A stretch of 59,758 bases of DNA, taken from contig CAZJGF010000001.1 in the NCBI GenBank assembly GCA_964545665.1, positions 1 through 59,758 on the forward strand, given 5' to 3'. The stretch comes from an uncultured Dehalococcoidales bacterium (GTDB lineage Bacteria > Chloroflexota > Dehalococcoidia > GIF9 > AB-539-J10). The position numbers and the translations under genes are program-made. A model generated the notes under the pieces. The model did not search any database and was not told the origin of the DNA. It saw nothing but the letters and a program-made list of their open reading frames with translations. This document shows, one piece after another, positions 1 to 9,670 of this stretch; position 1 is the first letter of the stretch, and the number at the start of each line of letters is the position of its first letter.

Positions 1-590
1 TCAAACATAGTGGAGGATATCAGAATAGCTACCAGGCCATTGACAAATGAGGAAATCGGTGTTATGGTTCATGTCCATAGAGGGATATCACATGACCGCC
101 AGGGTAACACACAAATTGAGGAGGATAACACTCCAAATCCCCGAGCAGATGAAGTGATGTCGAGGGATGTAAGGAGAATATCAGGTTTCAGTAATGAGAA
201 GGGGGTAGGGTCATTGCTAGCTAGGGGAAGCTAGTAGGGCGATGAAGGAGCGCTGCCTGGCCGGTTCTGGGTTAGCGAGGCTGCTTAGAAACTGATGATT
301 AAGCTGTCCTTACTATGGCGGAGGTTTTTTTGAACCAAGCAAACTCAATCTTTATGGCTTCACATTATTTTCGACTGCTCCATTGGAGGGTTAGCACCTT
401 GACAATAGTGTAGATCAGCCTGGCGTTTTATTGTCTGGGCATTTAGATTCAGGTAGCTTTGGGGGTGAAGCAACAAAAGGGAGGCCTTTCAAAATTAAGC
501 AGACTCAAACGATGTGAAAGGAGGTGATAGAAGAAGAAGTAGGGTTAAAAAATACTCAACAGGCGAAAATCTAGAAGGGAGGTAAGTGAA

Positions 591-1733
591 TTGAAAAAGC
601 GAATAGTCATGCTGGTGTTGACGGTAGCAGTTATTGCCGGCCTGGTCATTGTTGGCTGCGCCCCTGAGGCAGCACCGCCACCGGCGGAAGAAGAGGAGGC
701 GCCACCACCAGAAGAGGAGGAGGAAGCCCCGCCAGCAGCGCCGGAGGAAGAGGTGTTCAAAGCGACCTGGCAGGATATTGACGCACCAGCACAATCCCAG
801 TGGTACGCCCTGCAGAACCTTGCTGATAGAGTGAGGAAAGCGTCGGGGGGCAGGCTCGATATCACAGTCCATCCCGAGGGTGAGATAGTCCCGCGAAATG
901 AATGTACCCCGGCCGTGAAAGATAGAGTCGTGGAAATGGCCACTATCACTTCTTCCATGGACGAGGGCCGCATCGGGCCGGCCACTTATTTACTGACTGC
1001 CTCAGGCCTTCCCGCTGGTCCCAGCACGCTAGAATGCATAGTATGGCTATACCAGGGGGGCGGGCTGGAGATATTTAATGAGGTGTATGAAGACTGGTGT
1101 TACGTAATCGGCGCTTCAGCAGGGGCAGCAGAACTCTTCTGCCACTCTAACGAGCCGCTTACCACTGCAAAGGACTTCAAGGGTCTGAAGTTCCGCACCA
1201 TGGGTATGTGGGCTGAGGTTCTGGGGCAATATGGGGCTTCGGTCACAATGCTACCGGGGGCTGAGCTTTACGCAGCTGTGGAGAGAGGTGTCATCGATGC
1301 TTTTGAGTATGGTCCTCCCAGCACCAACTGGTCTCAGGGCTTCCATGAGGTATGCAAGTACGTCGGCCTTCCCGGCATCCAGTCACCGGGGTATGCCAAG
1401 CCCGTTCTGGTGAACAAGGAGTTTTTCGAGGAGCTGCCCGACGACCTGCAGGAACTGCTGACGCATGAGTGTATGCTACTGTCGCTTGACAGCTATGGGA
1501 TTGTGCAGTACGCAGACGCTGAGGCTATGGTAAAGTACGAGGACTATGGCACCGAGTTCTTCTATGTCGAGGAAGACTTTCAGGCAGACATCGCTGCGAA
1601 GAGCAAAGCACTATGCGAAAAATATGCTGCCGAAGACGCCATGTTCGCCAAGGTCTGGGAGAGTCAGAATGCTTTCTTCAGCGTTTGGAGGAGCCTCAGC
1701 GGAATCTTCCCGAAATACACAATATATGACTAG
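591..1733 (+). CDS. dctP: TRAP transporter substrate-binding protein (DctP family), lipoprotein-anchored
   Basis: 380-aa ORF with a TTG start 8 nt after GGGAGG. It has a signal peptide plus lipobox (LVIVGC), then a Pro/Glu/Ala linker, then a DctP-like body (GMWAEVLGQYGASVTMLPGAELYAAVERGVIDAFEYG). DctQ and DctM genes follow. Confidence 0.85.
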   Translation: MKKRIVMLVLTVAVIAGLVIVGCAPEAAPPPAEEEEAPPPEEEEEAPPAAPEEEVFKATWQDIDAPAQSQWYALQNLADRVRKASGGRLDITVHPEGEIVPRNECTPAVKDRVVEMATITSSMDEGRIGPATYLLTASGLPAGPSTLECIVWLYQGGGLEIFNEVYEDWCYVIGASAGAAELFCHSNEPLTTAKDFKGLKFRTMGMWAEVLGQYGASVTMLPGAELYAAVERGVIDAFEYGPPSTNWSQGFHEVCKYVGLPGIQSPGYAKPVLVNKEFFEELPDDLQELLTHECMLLSLDSYGIVQYADAEAMVKYEDYGTEFFYVEEDFQADIAAKSKALCEKYAAEDAMFAKVWESQNAFFSVWRSLSGIFPKYTIYD

Positions 1734-1760
1734 GAATTGAGGCTAACTGGGTTCTGGTTT

Positions 1761-1793
1761 CGGCAGCCTGCCACCTTTGGTCGCAGGCTGCCG
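1761..1793 (+). promoter_or_regulatory. Intercistronic stem-loop between dctP and dctQ (perfect 11-bp stem, 11-nt loop)
   Basis: CGGCAGCCTGC-cacctttggtc-GCAGGCTGCCG, read directly, 28 nt after the dctP stop. There is no clear U-tract, so it is more likely an mRNA-stabilising or attenuating hairpin than a full terminator. Confidence 0.45.
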
Positions 1794-1818
1794 AAGGGTT
1801 GTCTTAACAGAGGTTGGT

Positions 1819-2340
1819 ATGACGGTTATAGAGAAGATATATAATCGCATAGGCATGATTAGCGAATGGTCAGGCAGGACAGTAAGGTTTCTGATGATCA
1901 TACTGGTACTGAATATCGTTTATGATGTGTCCGCCAGATACATTTTCAACGCACCCACCGTCTGGTCGTTTGGTTTGAGCTACATGACCGGGACCGCCAT
2001 TATAGCCATGGGCATGTGCTATGTGTATTACCACCACGCCAATGTAAGGATTGACATAATATATTCCAGGCTGCCACCAAAGGGAAAACTGATGATAGAT
2101 GTAGCCTTGACCATTGTTTTTTTCTTCCCCCTGGTTCTGATGCTTACCAAGGTATGGGCGCAGGACACCTGGCAGGCCTACGTTCTTAAGGAGGTATCTA
2201 GCGAGACGATATGGTATCCGCCGCTGTGGCCGATTAAGCTGGTGGTGACAATTGGTTTTGTTCTTCTGTTGTTGCAGGGGATAGCCACTTTTCTCAAGGA
2301 TGTAATATCTCTGGCGAAGGGGGGTAGCGAGCCGTGGTAG
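1819..2340 (+). CDS. dctQ: TRAP transporter small permease (DctQ family)
   Basis: Small hydrophobic protein with four predicted TM segments, lying between dctP and dctM. I prefer ATG 1819 over the track start TTG 1777, which lies inside the hairpin. Its stop overlaps the dctM start. Confidence 0.8.
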   Translation: MTVIEKIYNRIGMISEWSGRTVRFLMIILVLNIVYDVSARYIFNAPTVWSFGLSYMTGTAIIAMGMCYVYYHHANVRIDIIYSRLPPKGKLMIDVALTIVFFFPLVLMLTKVWAQDTWQAYVLKEVSSETIWYPPLWPIKLVVTIGFVLLLLQGIATFLKDVISLAKGGSEPW

Positions 2341-3671
2341 AAATAAGTCCCGAGCTGGTAGTGGTGGTAATGTTCGCCGGAGTATTTATCGGCATTCTTC
2401 TGGGTTATCCGTTGCCCTTTGTCGTTGGCGGGGTAGCCATGTTTCTGGGTTGGGTGCTCATCGGCCCCCAGGTATTTACCCTGTTCCGCTTGCGCCTGTG
2501 GGACATGATGAGCAGCTATATCTTGTTAGCCATACCGCTGTTTGTTTTTATGGGGTCAATGGTGGAAAAATCGGGATCTGCCGAGAGGCTCTACTCAGGC
2601 CTTTACCTATCGTTTGGAAAGGTTAGAGGAGGTCTAGCCATAACCACTGTATTAGTGGGCACAGTCTTGGCGGCTTGCGTTGGCATAATCGCCGCATCGG
2701 TAATCACTCTGGGGCTTATTGGCGTCCCCAGCATGTTGAAGCGAGGCTACAACAAGGAGCTAATTTGCGGCTCGGTCTGTGCCGGGGGGAGTCTGGGTAT
2801 CCTTATCCCGCCCAGTATAATGCTGGTTATATATGGTCCCATGGCCGCCATCTCAGTGGGCAAGCTGTTCATGGGAGCCTTTGGTCCCGGCTTGCTTCTT
2901 TCTGGTCTATACGTCAGCTATATTGCGGTTTGGTCCTGGCTCAAGCCCAGTGTAGCGCCTCCAGTGTCAGCGGAAGAGCGGGCTGTGCCTCTAAGGAGAA
3001 AACTATTCATACTGGTAACTGGAATGCTACCCCCGTTCTTCTTGGTACTGAGCGTGCTGGGAGTTATTTTCTTCGGCATTGCCGCCCCAACCGAGGCAGC
3101 CGCCTGCGGTGCATTCGCAGCGACGCTACTGGCGCTGGCCTACCGCCGCCTCAATTGGGAAACACTGAAAGCGGTGATGCTGGAGACAGTGAGGGTTGCC
3201 ACCATGGCTTTGCTCATCGGCTGGAGCGCCTCCATGTTCACCGGCGTTTTTCTCAGGCTTGGAGGTGGTGAAGTAATCGCCAACATGGTGATGGCTGCCC
3301 CGTTCGGCAAATGGGGAGCCTTTGCCCTTATCATGTTGGTGGTCTTCGCCTTAGGGTTTCTTGTTGACTGGATAGCCATTGTCTTCATCATAGTTCCTCT
3401 GGTGGCGCCCATTGTTCCTGAACTGGGCTTTGACCCCCTCTGGTTTGCCATAATGGTCTGCGTTAACCTTCAAATGGCCCTTATGACTCCGCCTATGGCC
3501 CCGGCCATCTTCTTTCTGAAGGGGATAACAAAGCCAGAATGGGGGATAGAAACGGGGCACATCATTCGAGGAATAATTCCGTTCGTCATATTCATAATAG
3601 TCGGGCTTGCTATATGTATCGCTTTCCCCGACATAATAATGTGGCTGCCTCACCAGATGATAAAGTTCTGA
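2334..3671 (+). CDS. dctM: TRAP transporter large permease (DctM family)
   Basis: 445-aa polytopic membrane protein. Its GTG start overlaps the dctQ stop (GTGGTAG). This is the typical DctM position and size. Confidence 0.9.
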   Translation: MVEISPELVVVVMFAGVFIGILLGYPLPFVVGGVAMFLGWVLIGPQVFTLFRLRLWDMMSSYILLAIPLFVFMGSMVEKSGSAERLYSGLYLSFGKVRGGLAITTVLVGTVLAACVGIIAASVITLGLIGVPSMLKRGYNKELICGSVCAGGSLGILIPPSIMLVIYGPMAAISVGKLFMGAFGPGLLLSGLYVSYIAVWSWLKPSVAPPVSAEERAVPLRRKLFILVTGMLPPFFLVLSVLGVIFFGIAAPTEAAACGAFAATLLALAYRRLNWETLKAVMLETVRVATMALLIGWSASMFTGVFLRLGGGEVIANMVMAAPFGKWGAFALIMLVVFALGFLVDWIAIVFIIVPLVAPIVPELGFDPLWFAIMVCVNLQMALMTPPMAPAIFFLKGITKPEWGIETGHIIRGIIPFVIFIIVGLAICIAFPDIIMWLPHQMIKF

Positions 3672-3737
3672 GCTTCACTGGTGGGTTCAATATGCAAAAC
3701 AATAATTGATGATGTAATATAGACGGAAGGAGGTAAG

Positions 3738-4187
3738 ATGGACAGCAAAACGTTTTCCCAGATTCATCACATAGGAGCAGTAGTCAAGGACATAGAGAAA
3801 AGTATGCAGTATTTATCATCGTTAGGTATTGGCCCATGGGGGCCGATGCCAGGGAAGCCCTTTATGGGAAATAAGAAGCTGCGGGGGAAGCCCGCTGACT
3901 ACAAATTGACGGCAAGATTTGCCCCGCTGGGGCCGATACAGCTTGAATTGGTCCAACCCCTTGGTGGAGAGTGTGTCCAGAAGGAGTTCTTGGAAGAAAA
4001 AGGAGAAGGCATCAATCATCTGGGCTTCCTGGTGAAAGACATCGATAAAACGGTAGCCGAGTTAGCCAAGCAAGGAGTCAATGTCATACAAAGCGGTCCA
4101 GGAACAACCAAGGGCGGCTTTGCTTACCTTGATACTGAGGCGGCCTGTGGCATTACTCTGGAGTTGGTTGAGTGGGATGAGGATTAG
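3738..4187 (+). CDS. VOC-family protein (glyoxalase / methylmalonyl-CoA-epimerase-like)
   Basis: 149 aa with paired beta-alpha-beta-beta-beta module signatures (HHIGAVVKDIEKS ... INHLGFLVKDIDKT ... GITLELVEW). GGAAGGAGG precedes the ATG. Confidence 0.7.
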   Translation: MDSKTFSQIHHIGAVVKDIEKSMQYLSSLGIGPWGPMPGKPFMGNKKLRGKPADYKLTARFAPLGPIQLELVQPLGGECVQKEFLEEKGEGINHLGFLVKDIDKTVAELAKQGVNVIQSGPGTTKGGFAYLDTEAACGITLELVEWDED

Positions 4188-4225
4188 AGTGGGTAATAGT
4201 ATCTTTTGGAGGTGTAGTTGAGACG

Positions 4226-4262
4226 TTGTGCTGCTTTGAAAAGGAAGCAGCACAATGTTATT
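4226..4262 (+). terminator. Rho-independent-type terminator hairpin after the VOC gene
   Basis: TTGTGCTGCTT-tgaaaagg-AAGCAGCACAA (perfect 11-bp stem) followed by TGTTATTCT. It covers the track start codon at 4255 of the next ORF, which argues for the downstream ATG at 4300. Confidence 0.5.
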
Positions 4263-4299
4263 CTCAGCGCCAAATATTAATGATAACAGGAGGTTGAGT

Positions 4300-4830
4300 A
4301 TGTCGAAGGAACCAGCTAGAGAAGAACTTCTGGACAAGGTTGAGGAGACAGCATCGAAATGTGAGAGAGAACTTCATGGTTGTGGACGCTGTGCGCTAGC
4401 AGCGTTGATGCAATGCTTTGAACTGGGAGACAAAACAAGTGCGGACCTGATTTTGAAAGCAATTTTACCGCTGTCGGGGGGGATTGCGCAGACGCGTAAT
4501 ACGTGTGGTGCATTGCTTGGTGGTCTAATGGCAATAGGGATGGTCTGTTTCCCTGGCAAATTAGAGGATGCCACCATGGACGATATTCGAGCAGCAATGA
4601 CACTGGGCAGGCAATACTATCGCAAGTTTGAGAAGGAGGTAGGGAATGTCCGCTGTTTTGATATTCGAGAGGTGGGGTTGGGGCGTTGTTTCGATACTGC
4701 TGACCCAGATGAGTATGATAAATTTGTGAAAGCAGGTGCTTACGACTTCTGCAGCAAAGTATGTGGCAAAGCGGCTCGATTAGCCGCTGAGTTTATTCTG
4801 GAGATCCAGCAGAAACAGCGCGAAGGTTAA
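4300..4830 (+). CDS. C_GCAxxG_C_C family putative redox-active protein (copy 1)
   Basis: Has the conserved Cys pattern of the family (GCGRCALAAL ... NTCGALLGGLMAIG ... C-terminal FCSKVCGKAARLAAE). ATG 4300 lies 7 nt after AGGAGG. Confidence 0.7.
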   Translation: MSKEPAREELLDKVEETASKCERELHGCGRCALAALMQCFELGDKTSADLILKAILPLSGGIAQTRNTCGALLGGLMAIGMVCFPGKLEDATMDDIRAAMTLGRQYYRKFEKEVGNVRCFDIREVGLGRCFDTADPDEYDKFVKAGAYDFCSKVCGKAARLAAEFILEIQQKQREG

Positions 4831-4969
4831 ATTGCAGTCAATAATAGCCTTTCAAAAGCCGCGATGAATTAGGTCATACCAAGGGGTGATAGGTGGAGTG
4901 GCTTATGAAAGCTCATCAAACCAAATCCCTTACACAGGGCAGCCACGAATTACATAAAGGAGGTTAGCC

Positions 4970-5743
4970 ATGAGGCTAGAGGGGAAAGTGGCGCTAATAA
5001 CCGGTTCCGGCAGGGGTATTGGCCAAACAATGGCTTTGCTCTTCGCCAGGGAAGGTGCCGATATAGCTGTGAACGATATAGGCCTGCCATCTGCCGAGAA
5101 AACGGCTGGGGAGATAAGGCAGATTGGGCGAAAGGCTATCGCCATAAAAGCCGACGTAGGTAATCCTGATGACGTTGATATAATGGTTGACAGGATAATA
5201 AACGAGCTGGGAGGAGTTCATATATTAGTAAACAATGCGGGGATTCTTGATGAGGCAGTCCCCACAATTGAATCGTCAGTGGAGCACTGGGATGAAGTAA
5301 TTAGAGTTATTCTGCGTGGCACTTATCTATGCTGCCGCCGGGTCGGGCAATGGATGACAACTCATAAGACAGGGAAGATTGTTAACATTGCCTCTGTTGC
5401 TGCCATGGCAGGACTCGCCCCGCGGCCTTCCTATGGACCAGCTAAGGCGGCCGTCATCCAGTTGACACGAACCCTGGCTGTGGAGTGGGCACCATACAAC
5501 ATCAACGTAAATTGCATAGCGCCAGGTTTCTGTTTGACGCCCTTGGTGGAGGAGGCATTTAAGAGGGCCAACGCTGATCTGGCGTCAATCGGGAAACATA
5601 TTCCACTTGGGCGTATGGCCAGACCTGATGACATCGCGAATGCAGCGTTGTTTCTGGTCTCTGATGAGGCCGAGTTTATAACCGGGGTGACTTTGCCAGT
5701 CGATGGTGGGTGGCTGGCTTATCGTACACTCCCGAAAGGCTAG
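4970..5743 (+). CDS. Classical short-chain dehydrogenase/reductase (FabG-like), copy 1
   Basis: TGSGRGIG Rossmann motif, NNAG, and the catalytic S...YxxxK (YGPAKAA). 257 aa. Confidence 0.9.
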   Translation: MRLEGKVALITGSGRGIGQTMALLFAREGADIAVNDIGLPSAEKTAGEIRQIGRKAIAIKADVGNPDDVDIMVDRIINELGGVHILVNNAGILDEAVPTIESSVEHWDEVIRVILRGTYLCCRRVGQWMTTHKTGKIVNIASVAAMAGLAPRPSYGPAKAAVIQLTRTLAVEWAPYNINVNCIAPGFCLTPLVEEAFKRANADLASIGKHIPLGRMARPDDIANAALFLVSDEAEFITGVTLPVDGGWLAYRTLPKG

Positions 5744-5865
5744 ATTAAGGTCTCTTCTCGTAAGATACCAAAAGAACATCAACAAACAAGCTCAGGGGAA
5801 GCTGGTAAGTAAGTGTGTGATTTCAAGAAGGTTTCCTGAGATCTCAGTCTTGGGTAAAAGGAGTA

Positions 5866-6846
5866 ATGTCTATGGCGAATAGTATGATCACCGGTGGGTT
5901 TGGGTTCGTGGGGCGGCATCTAATCAGGATGCTTTTAGACAGAGGGGACAAGGTTACCGTTTTTGATGCAGTTTCTAGCTCCAAGTTTCTCGAGGACGTA
6001 ATGGACAGACTCACTGTGAAGGTAGGGAACCTCAGCAACTGGACGGATGTAGCCGAGGCGATCAAGGAAAACAGAATCGACGCAGTCTACCACCTGGGTG
6101 CTGCAATTCCGCCGCTGACCGAGCAGGATTCCTCAGTAGCATTCTATAGCAATGTTGTTGGCACTTTCCACATTCTAGAAGCAGCCCGACTCTTCAGTGT
6201 GGGCAGTGTTATCTTTGCTAGTACCCAGTCCTCATATAAGGAGGGCGATGTCTTCATTCCAGATGACTATCCACAGCGCCCCAACACTTTCTATGGCATG
6301 ACCAAGGTCTGCGGTGAACGTCTGGGTGAGGCCTACTGGCGGACGTGCGGCGTGAACTTCCGCGGCGTGCGTTATTGTATCGTCAACGGCCCTGGCCGCG
6401 GCGGCGTCAACCCTGGTCAGTTCGTCATCTGGACGCTCCAGATGGCGGCGCTGGGTAGGGCCTTCAAGGTATTTGTTGAGCCGGAGACCGAGGTGGCCAC
6501 GATCTACGTGAAGGATGCTGCCAAGGCGCTCATTGAGCTGAATGATGCCGAGGAGTCGAGACTTACCAAGCGGGTATACAGTCTGTTTGGCTATTCGGTT
6601 ACTGCCCAGCAACTTGTTGATGCCGCCAAGAAGTACCTGCCTGAGACAAACCTTACCTTCAGGGTCAACGAGGAGATGATGCGGAAGGTGCGTGACCTGA
6701 ACCTACCACGCCGCATGGATATTTCCTCTGCTGAACACGATTGGGGTTTCAAGCCGCAATTCGACCTTGACAAGACTGTCCAAGACTATATCCAGGAATG
6801 TACGGAGAATAGGAGTCTCTTTGACTACCAGATCCCTGAGTTCTAG
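5866..6846 (+). CDS. NAD-dependent epimerase/dehydratase family protein (extended SDR, threonine-dehydrogenase-like), copy 1
   Basis: GGFGFVG Rossmann motif, YGMTKV (YxxxK), and a C-terminal DWGFKPQFDL block. The second ATG at 5872 has better spacing to GGAG and may be the real start. Confidence 0.8.
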   Translation: MSMANSMITGGFGFVGRHLIRMLLDRGDKVTVFDAVSSSKFLEDVMDRLTVKVGNLSNWTDVAEAIKENRIDAVYHLGAAIPPLTEQDSSVAFYSNVVGTFHILEAARLFSVGSVIFASTQSSYKEGDVFIPDDYPQRPNTFYGMTKVCGERLGEAYWRTCGVNFRGVRYCIVNGPGRGGVNPGQFVIWTLQMAALGRAFKVFVEPETEVATIYVKDAAKALIELNDAEESRLTKRVYSLFGYSVTAQQLVDAAKKYLPETNLTFRVNEEMMRKVRDLNLPRRMDISSAEHDWGFKPQFDLDKTVQDYIQECTENRSLFDYQIPEF

Positions 6847-6975
6847 GTGCAAGACTTGTGGCTTCAAGTGTGGTAACGTATAGCAGACTCTGAATGGTTC
6901 TTTTCCTTCCAAGGGCATCCTCCGGATCTCGCGATGTTGGGAAAATAAATATGAAAGGAGATAGGAAGTACAGAA

Positions 6976-7965
6976 ATGGCAAAAGTGTATGTATGCAGAA
7001 GCTGGTTTCCTGACGTACTCGATAGACTCGCCCAGCTTCATGAAATGAGAGTGTGGGAGGGAGAGGATAGTCCGCCACGGGATGTGCTCTTAGCACAGGT
7101 TGCAGATATTGAGGGTCTCATTCCTGTTGGTAACCCGGTTGACGCTGAGGTAATGAATGCTGCTCCAAAGCTAAGGGTAATTAGTAACTTCGGCGATGGG
7201 TGTGATCACATTGATGTGGCTGAAGCCACAAGGCGTAGTATTCCTGTGGGGCACACTCCCAATGTGCTAACTGAAACGACTGCTGACCTTGCCTTTGCCC
7301 TTATCCTGGCATCCGCCAGGCGTATTGTAGAAGGTGACGCTTTTACCAGGCAGGGGAAGTGGAGAATGCATGCTCACCTGGATCTTCCTGGTGTTGACGT
7401 TAATCATGCTATCTTAGGTATAGTAGGATTAGGTAAGATAGGAATGCAGGTAGCGAAACGAGCCAAGGGGTTCAATATGCGGGTGCTTTATTACAGCCGA
7501 ACCAGGAAGGTGGATATCGAAAGCCTTCTGGGGGTGGAATATGTTCCTGAGCTGCACTCGCTTCTTTCCCAATCTGATTTCATAAGCATTACCACGCCGC
7601 TGACTGAGCAGACCAGGCACATGATTGGGGCTGATGAGTTTGCGGTAATGAAGCCGACGGCGATATTGGTTAATGCCGCTCGAGGCTCGGTTATAGACCA
7701 AAGAGCGTTATATGAGGCGCTGAAGTCGCGCCGGATTCTACGTGCTGCTATAGACGTAACTGAGGTTGAGCCGATATCACTTGATGATCCTCTGCTGACT
7801 CTGGACAATCTGACCATTGTTCCGCATATTGGGAGCGCCGTGCCTGCTACGAGGAAGAGGATGATGGCCATGGCAGTGGACCAGCTTATTGCTGGTTTAG
7901 GAGGGGATAGAATAGCTCACTGTGTTAATCCCAGCGTCTATCACGGATCCTCAGAAGAAGGTTGA
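6976..7965 (+). CDS. D-isomer-specific 2-hydroxyacid dehydrogenase (glyoxylate/hydroxypyruvate-reductase-like)
   Basis: GIVGLGKIGMQVAKRA NAD motif, the catalytic region VNAARGSVID, and HIGSA near the C-terminus. 329 aa. Confidence 0.85.
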   Translation: MAKVYVCRSWFPDVLDRLAQLHEMRVWEGEDSPPRDVLLAQVADIEGLIPVGNPVDAEVMNAAPKLRVISNFGDGCDHIDVAEATRRSIPVGHTPNVLTETTADLAFALILASARRIVEGDAFTRQGKWRMHAHLDLPGVDVNHAILGIVGLGKIGMQVAKRAKGFNMRVLYYSRTRKVDIESLLGVEYVPELHSLLSQSDFISITTPLTEQTRHMIGADEFAVMKPTAILVNAARGSVIDQRALYEALKSRRILRAAIDVTEVEPISLDDPLLTLDNLTIVPHIGSAVPATRKRMMAMAVDQLIAGLGGDRIAHCVNPSVYHGSSEEG

Positions 7966-8017
7966 TGGAAACAAAAGCGACGGTGTGCAATTAAGCGGGG
8001 TCAAACGAAATTTTGAG

Positions 8018-8056
8018 GATATCTGGGAGGAAATGGCTTACAATAGGTGAAGACGG
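8018..8056 (+). repeat. Intergenic repeat, copy A (direct repeat of 17096-17134)
   Basis: My hand alignment gives 33 of 39 positions identical to 17096-17134 (GATATCTGGGAG.AAATGGCTT.CAA.AGG.GAAGA). Weaker similarity extends about 15 nt upstream. Both copies start about 40 nt after a stop codon. Confidence 0.5.
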
Positions 8057-8202
8057 AGGGCAGGGTATTGACGTCTTCCCCTCTGTCAAACCCGTGTAGG
8101 GTCTTGGTTAACCTCTTATCCGAAAAGGAGGTGACATTATGTGACAGAGATAGGTAACATAGAAGGGCAGACAAGGTATGAGGAATTTAGGGAGGTTTCA
8201 AG

Positions 8203-8493
8203 GTGCAAGAAAAAGCAATATTAATAGATGAAAGAGACAATGTAGCCACGGCGTTGTGCCAACTGGAGAAGGGTGATTCCGTCCCGGTTGGGGTAGAAGA
8301 TCGTAGCGTTAGTATTGCATTATCGCAGGATATTCCCTTTGGACACAAGTTTGCCTTGACGGATATTCAGCAGGGAGAGGCTGTAATCAAATATGGTGAG
8401 GCAATAGGCCTAGCTACGAAACAGATTCGGCAAGGGGAGCATGTCCATGTCCACAATGTGGAAAGTCAGAAAGGGAGGGGTGACAAGCGATGA
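8203..8493 (+). CDS. UxaA-family dehydratase, small (SAF-domain) subunit
   Basis: 96-aa ORF with the N-terminal UxaA/SAF pattern (DNVATAL ... IPFGHKFAL..I..GE.VIKYGE.IG). Its stop overlaps the start of the large subunit. Confidence 0.75.
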   Translation: MQEKAILIDERDNVATALCQLEKGDSVPVGVEDRSVSIALSQDIPFGHKFALTDIQQGEAVIKYGEAIGLATKQIRQGEHVHVHNVESQKGRGDKR

Positions 8494-9647
8494 AGTTTGT
8501 GGGATACCGTAGAAGCAATGGCAAGGTTGGCATACGAAACCACGTATTGATATTCCCCACTATAGTGTGTGCCGCTGAGGTGGCGCGGATGATAAGCAAC
8601 GAAGTACCAGGTACAGTTTATGCCATCCATGGTTGTGGGTGTGGTCATGTTGGTGAAGACAAGGAACAGGTAATCCGGACTATGGTTGGTTTTGTCGGCC
8701 ATCCAAATGTTGCTGGCGTATTACTGGTTGGAAATGGCTGTGAGTTAATAACACCCGAAGTGATTGCAGGGGAGTTGGCGAAGGTTGGTCAGAGGATGGA
8801 AACCATCAGTGTACAAGAGGCAGGGGGCACGACCGGGTGTGTAACGGAAGGAAAGAGGTTAGCGGAAAGGCTTTTGACAGAGGCATCAGATGTTGACCGT
8901 GAATCAGTGGATGTTTCCGAGCTTATCTTGGGCCTGGAGTGTGGTGGCTCTGATGCCTTTTCAGGGCTTACTGCTAATCCAGCGTTGGGTATTGCCTCCG
9001 ATCTACTGATCGCTGAGGGAGGCTCAGCCATATTCTCAGAGACTACGGAGATGCTGGGCACTGAGCAGGTACTGGCAAAAAGGGCGGCGAATGCTGAGGT
9101 TGAGAAGCGTATCTATGAGATAATTGCTGCTGCTGAGGGCAAAGCTAAGTCTATGGGTGTGGATATCCGTGGGTCACAGCCGTCACCGGGAAACATAGCC
9201 GGAGGACTAACCAGCATTGAGGAGAAGTCGCTGGGCTGTATCCGTAAAGGTGGTAGCACGACTATTATGCAGGTAGTCAAGTATGCGGAGCAGCCTACTA
9301 AGAAAGGCTTGACAATAATGGATGGCACGGCCCTTGATGTCATGAATAACATTGGGCTGCTAGCTTCTGGAGCACAGATAATCGTTTTTACTACCGGGCG
9401 AGGAACACCAGTGGGCACGCCTATCGCCCCGGTGATAAAAGTATCAAGCAATAGTGTCACCTACAACAAAATGAAGGACAATATTGATATAAACGCAGGG
9501 GTGATAGTAGATGGTCAGGGTAGTCTGCGGACTGTTGGCGAACAGATATTTAACGAGATAGTTGAAGTGGCATCGGGAAAGCTAACCAAGGCAGAAATCC
9601 TGGGGCACCGCGAGTTTGACATTCATTCGCTGGGGCCTGTGCTCTAA
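8490..9647 (+). CDS. UxaA-family dehydratase, large subunit (altronate/galactarate-dehydratase-like)
   Basis: 385 aa. It begins MKFVGYRRSNGKVGIRNHVLI and contains the GCGC/GNGCE blocks typical of UxaA C-terminal domains. It is translationally coupled to the small subunit. Confidence 0.8.
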   Translation: MKFVGYRRSNGKVGIRNHVLIFPTIVCAAEVARMISNEVPGTVYAIHGCGCGHVGEDKEQVIRTMVGFVGHPNVAGVLLVGNGCELITPEVIAGELAKVGQRMETISVQEAGGTTGCVTEGKRLAERLLTEASDVDRESVDVSELILGLECGGSDAFSGLTANPALGIASDLLIAEGGSAIFSETTEMLGTEQVLAKRAANAEVEKRIYEIIAAAEGKAKSMGVDIRGSQPSPGNIAGGLTSIEEKSLGCIRKGGSTTIMQVVKYAEQPTKKGLTIMDGTALDVMNNIGLLASGAQIIVFTTGRGTPVGTPIAPVIKVSSNSVTYNKMKDNIDINAGVIVDGQGSLRTVGEQIFNEIVEVASGKLTKAEILGHREFDIHSLGPVL

Positions 9648-9670
9648 CTATAAGAAAGGCGGTATTCAAG

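Noticed and set aside
1-21. Possible third partial copy of the intergenic repeat. It shares TCAAAC ... GAGGATATC with 8001-8023.
   Set aside because: Only about 15 matching nucleotides, and the sequences diverge immediately afterwards. That is too short to call without a genome-wide search.
10-234. 74-aa ORF at the window start.
   Set aside because: GTG start, no RBS, no recognisable motif, and it lies at the contig edge. I cannot support it as a gene.
495-985. ORFs 495-872 (-), 545-985 (-) and 634-834 (+), which overlap the 5' end of dctP. One of them is Arg/Lys-rich.
   Set aside because: They are alternative readings of the GAA/GAG/CCN low-complexity linker region of dctP. The DctP frame is the only one with a signal peptide, RBS and family body.
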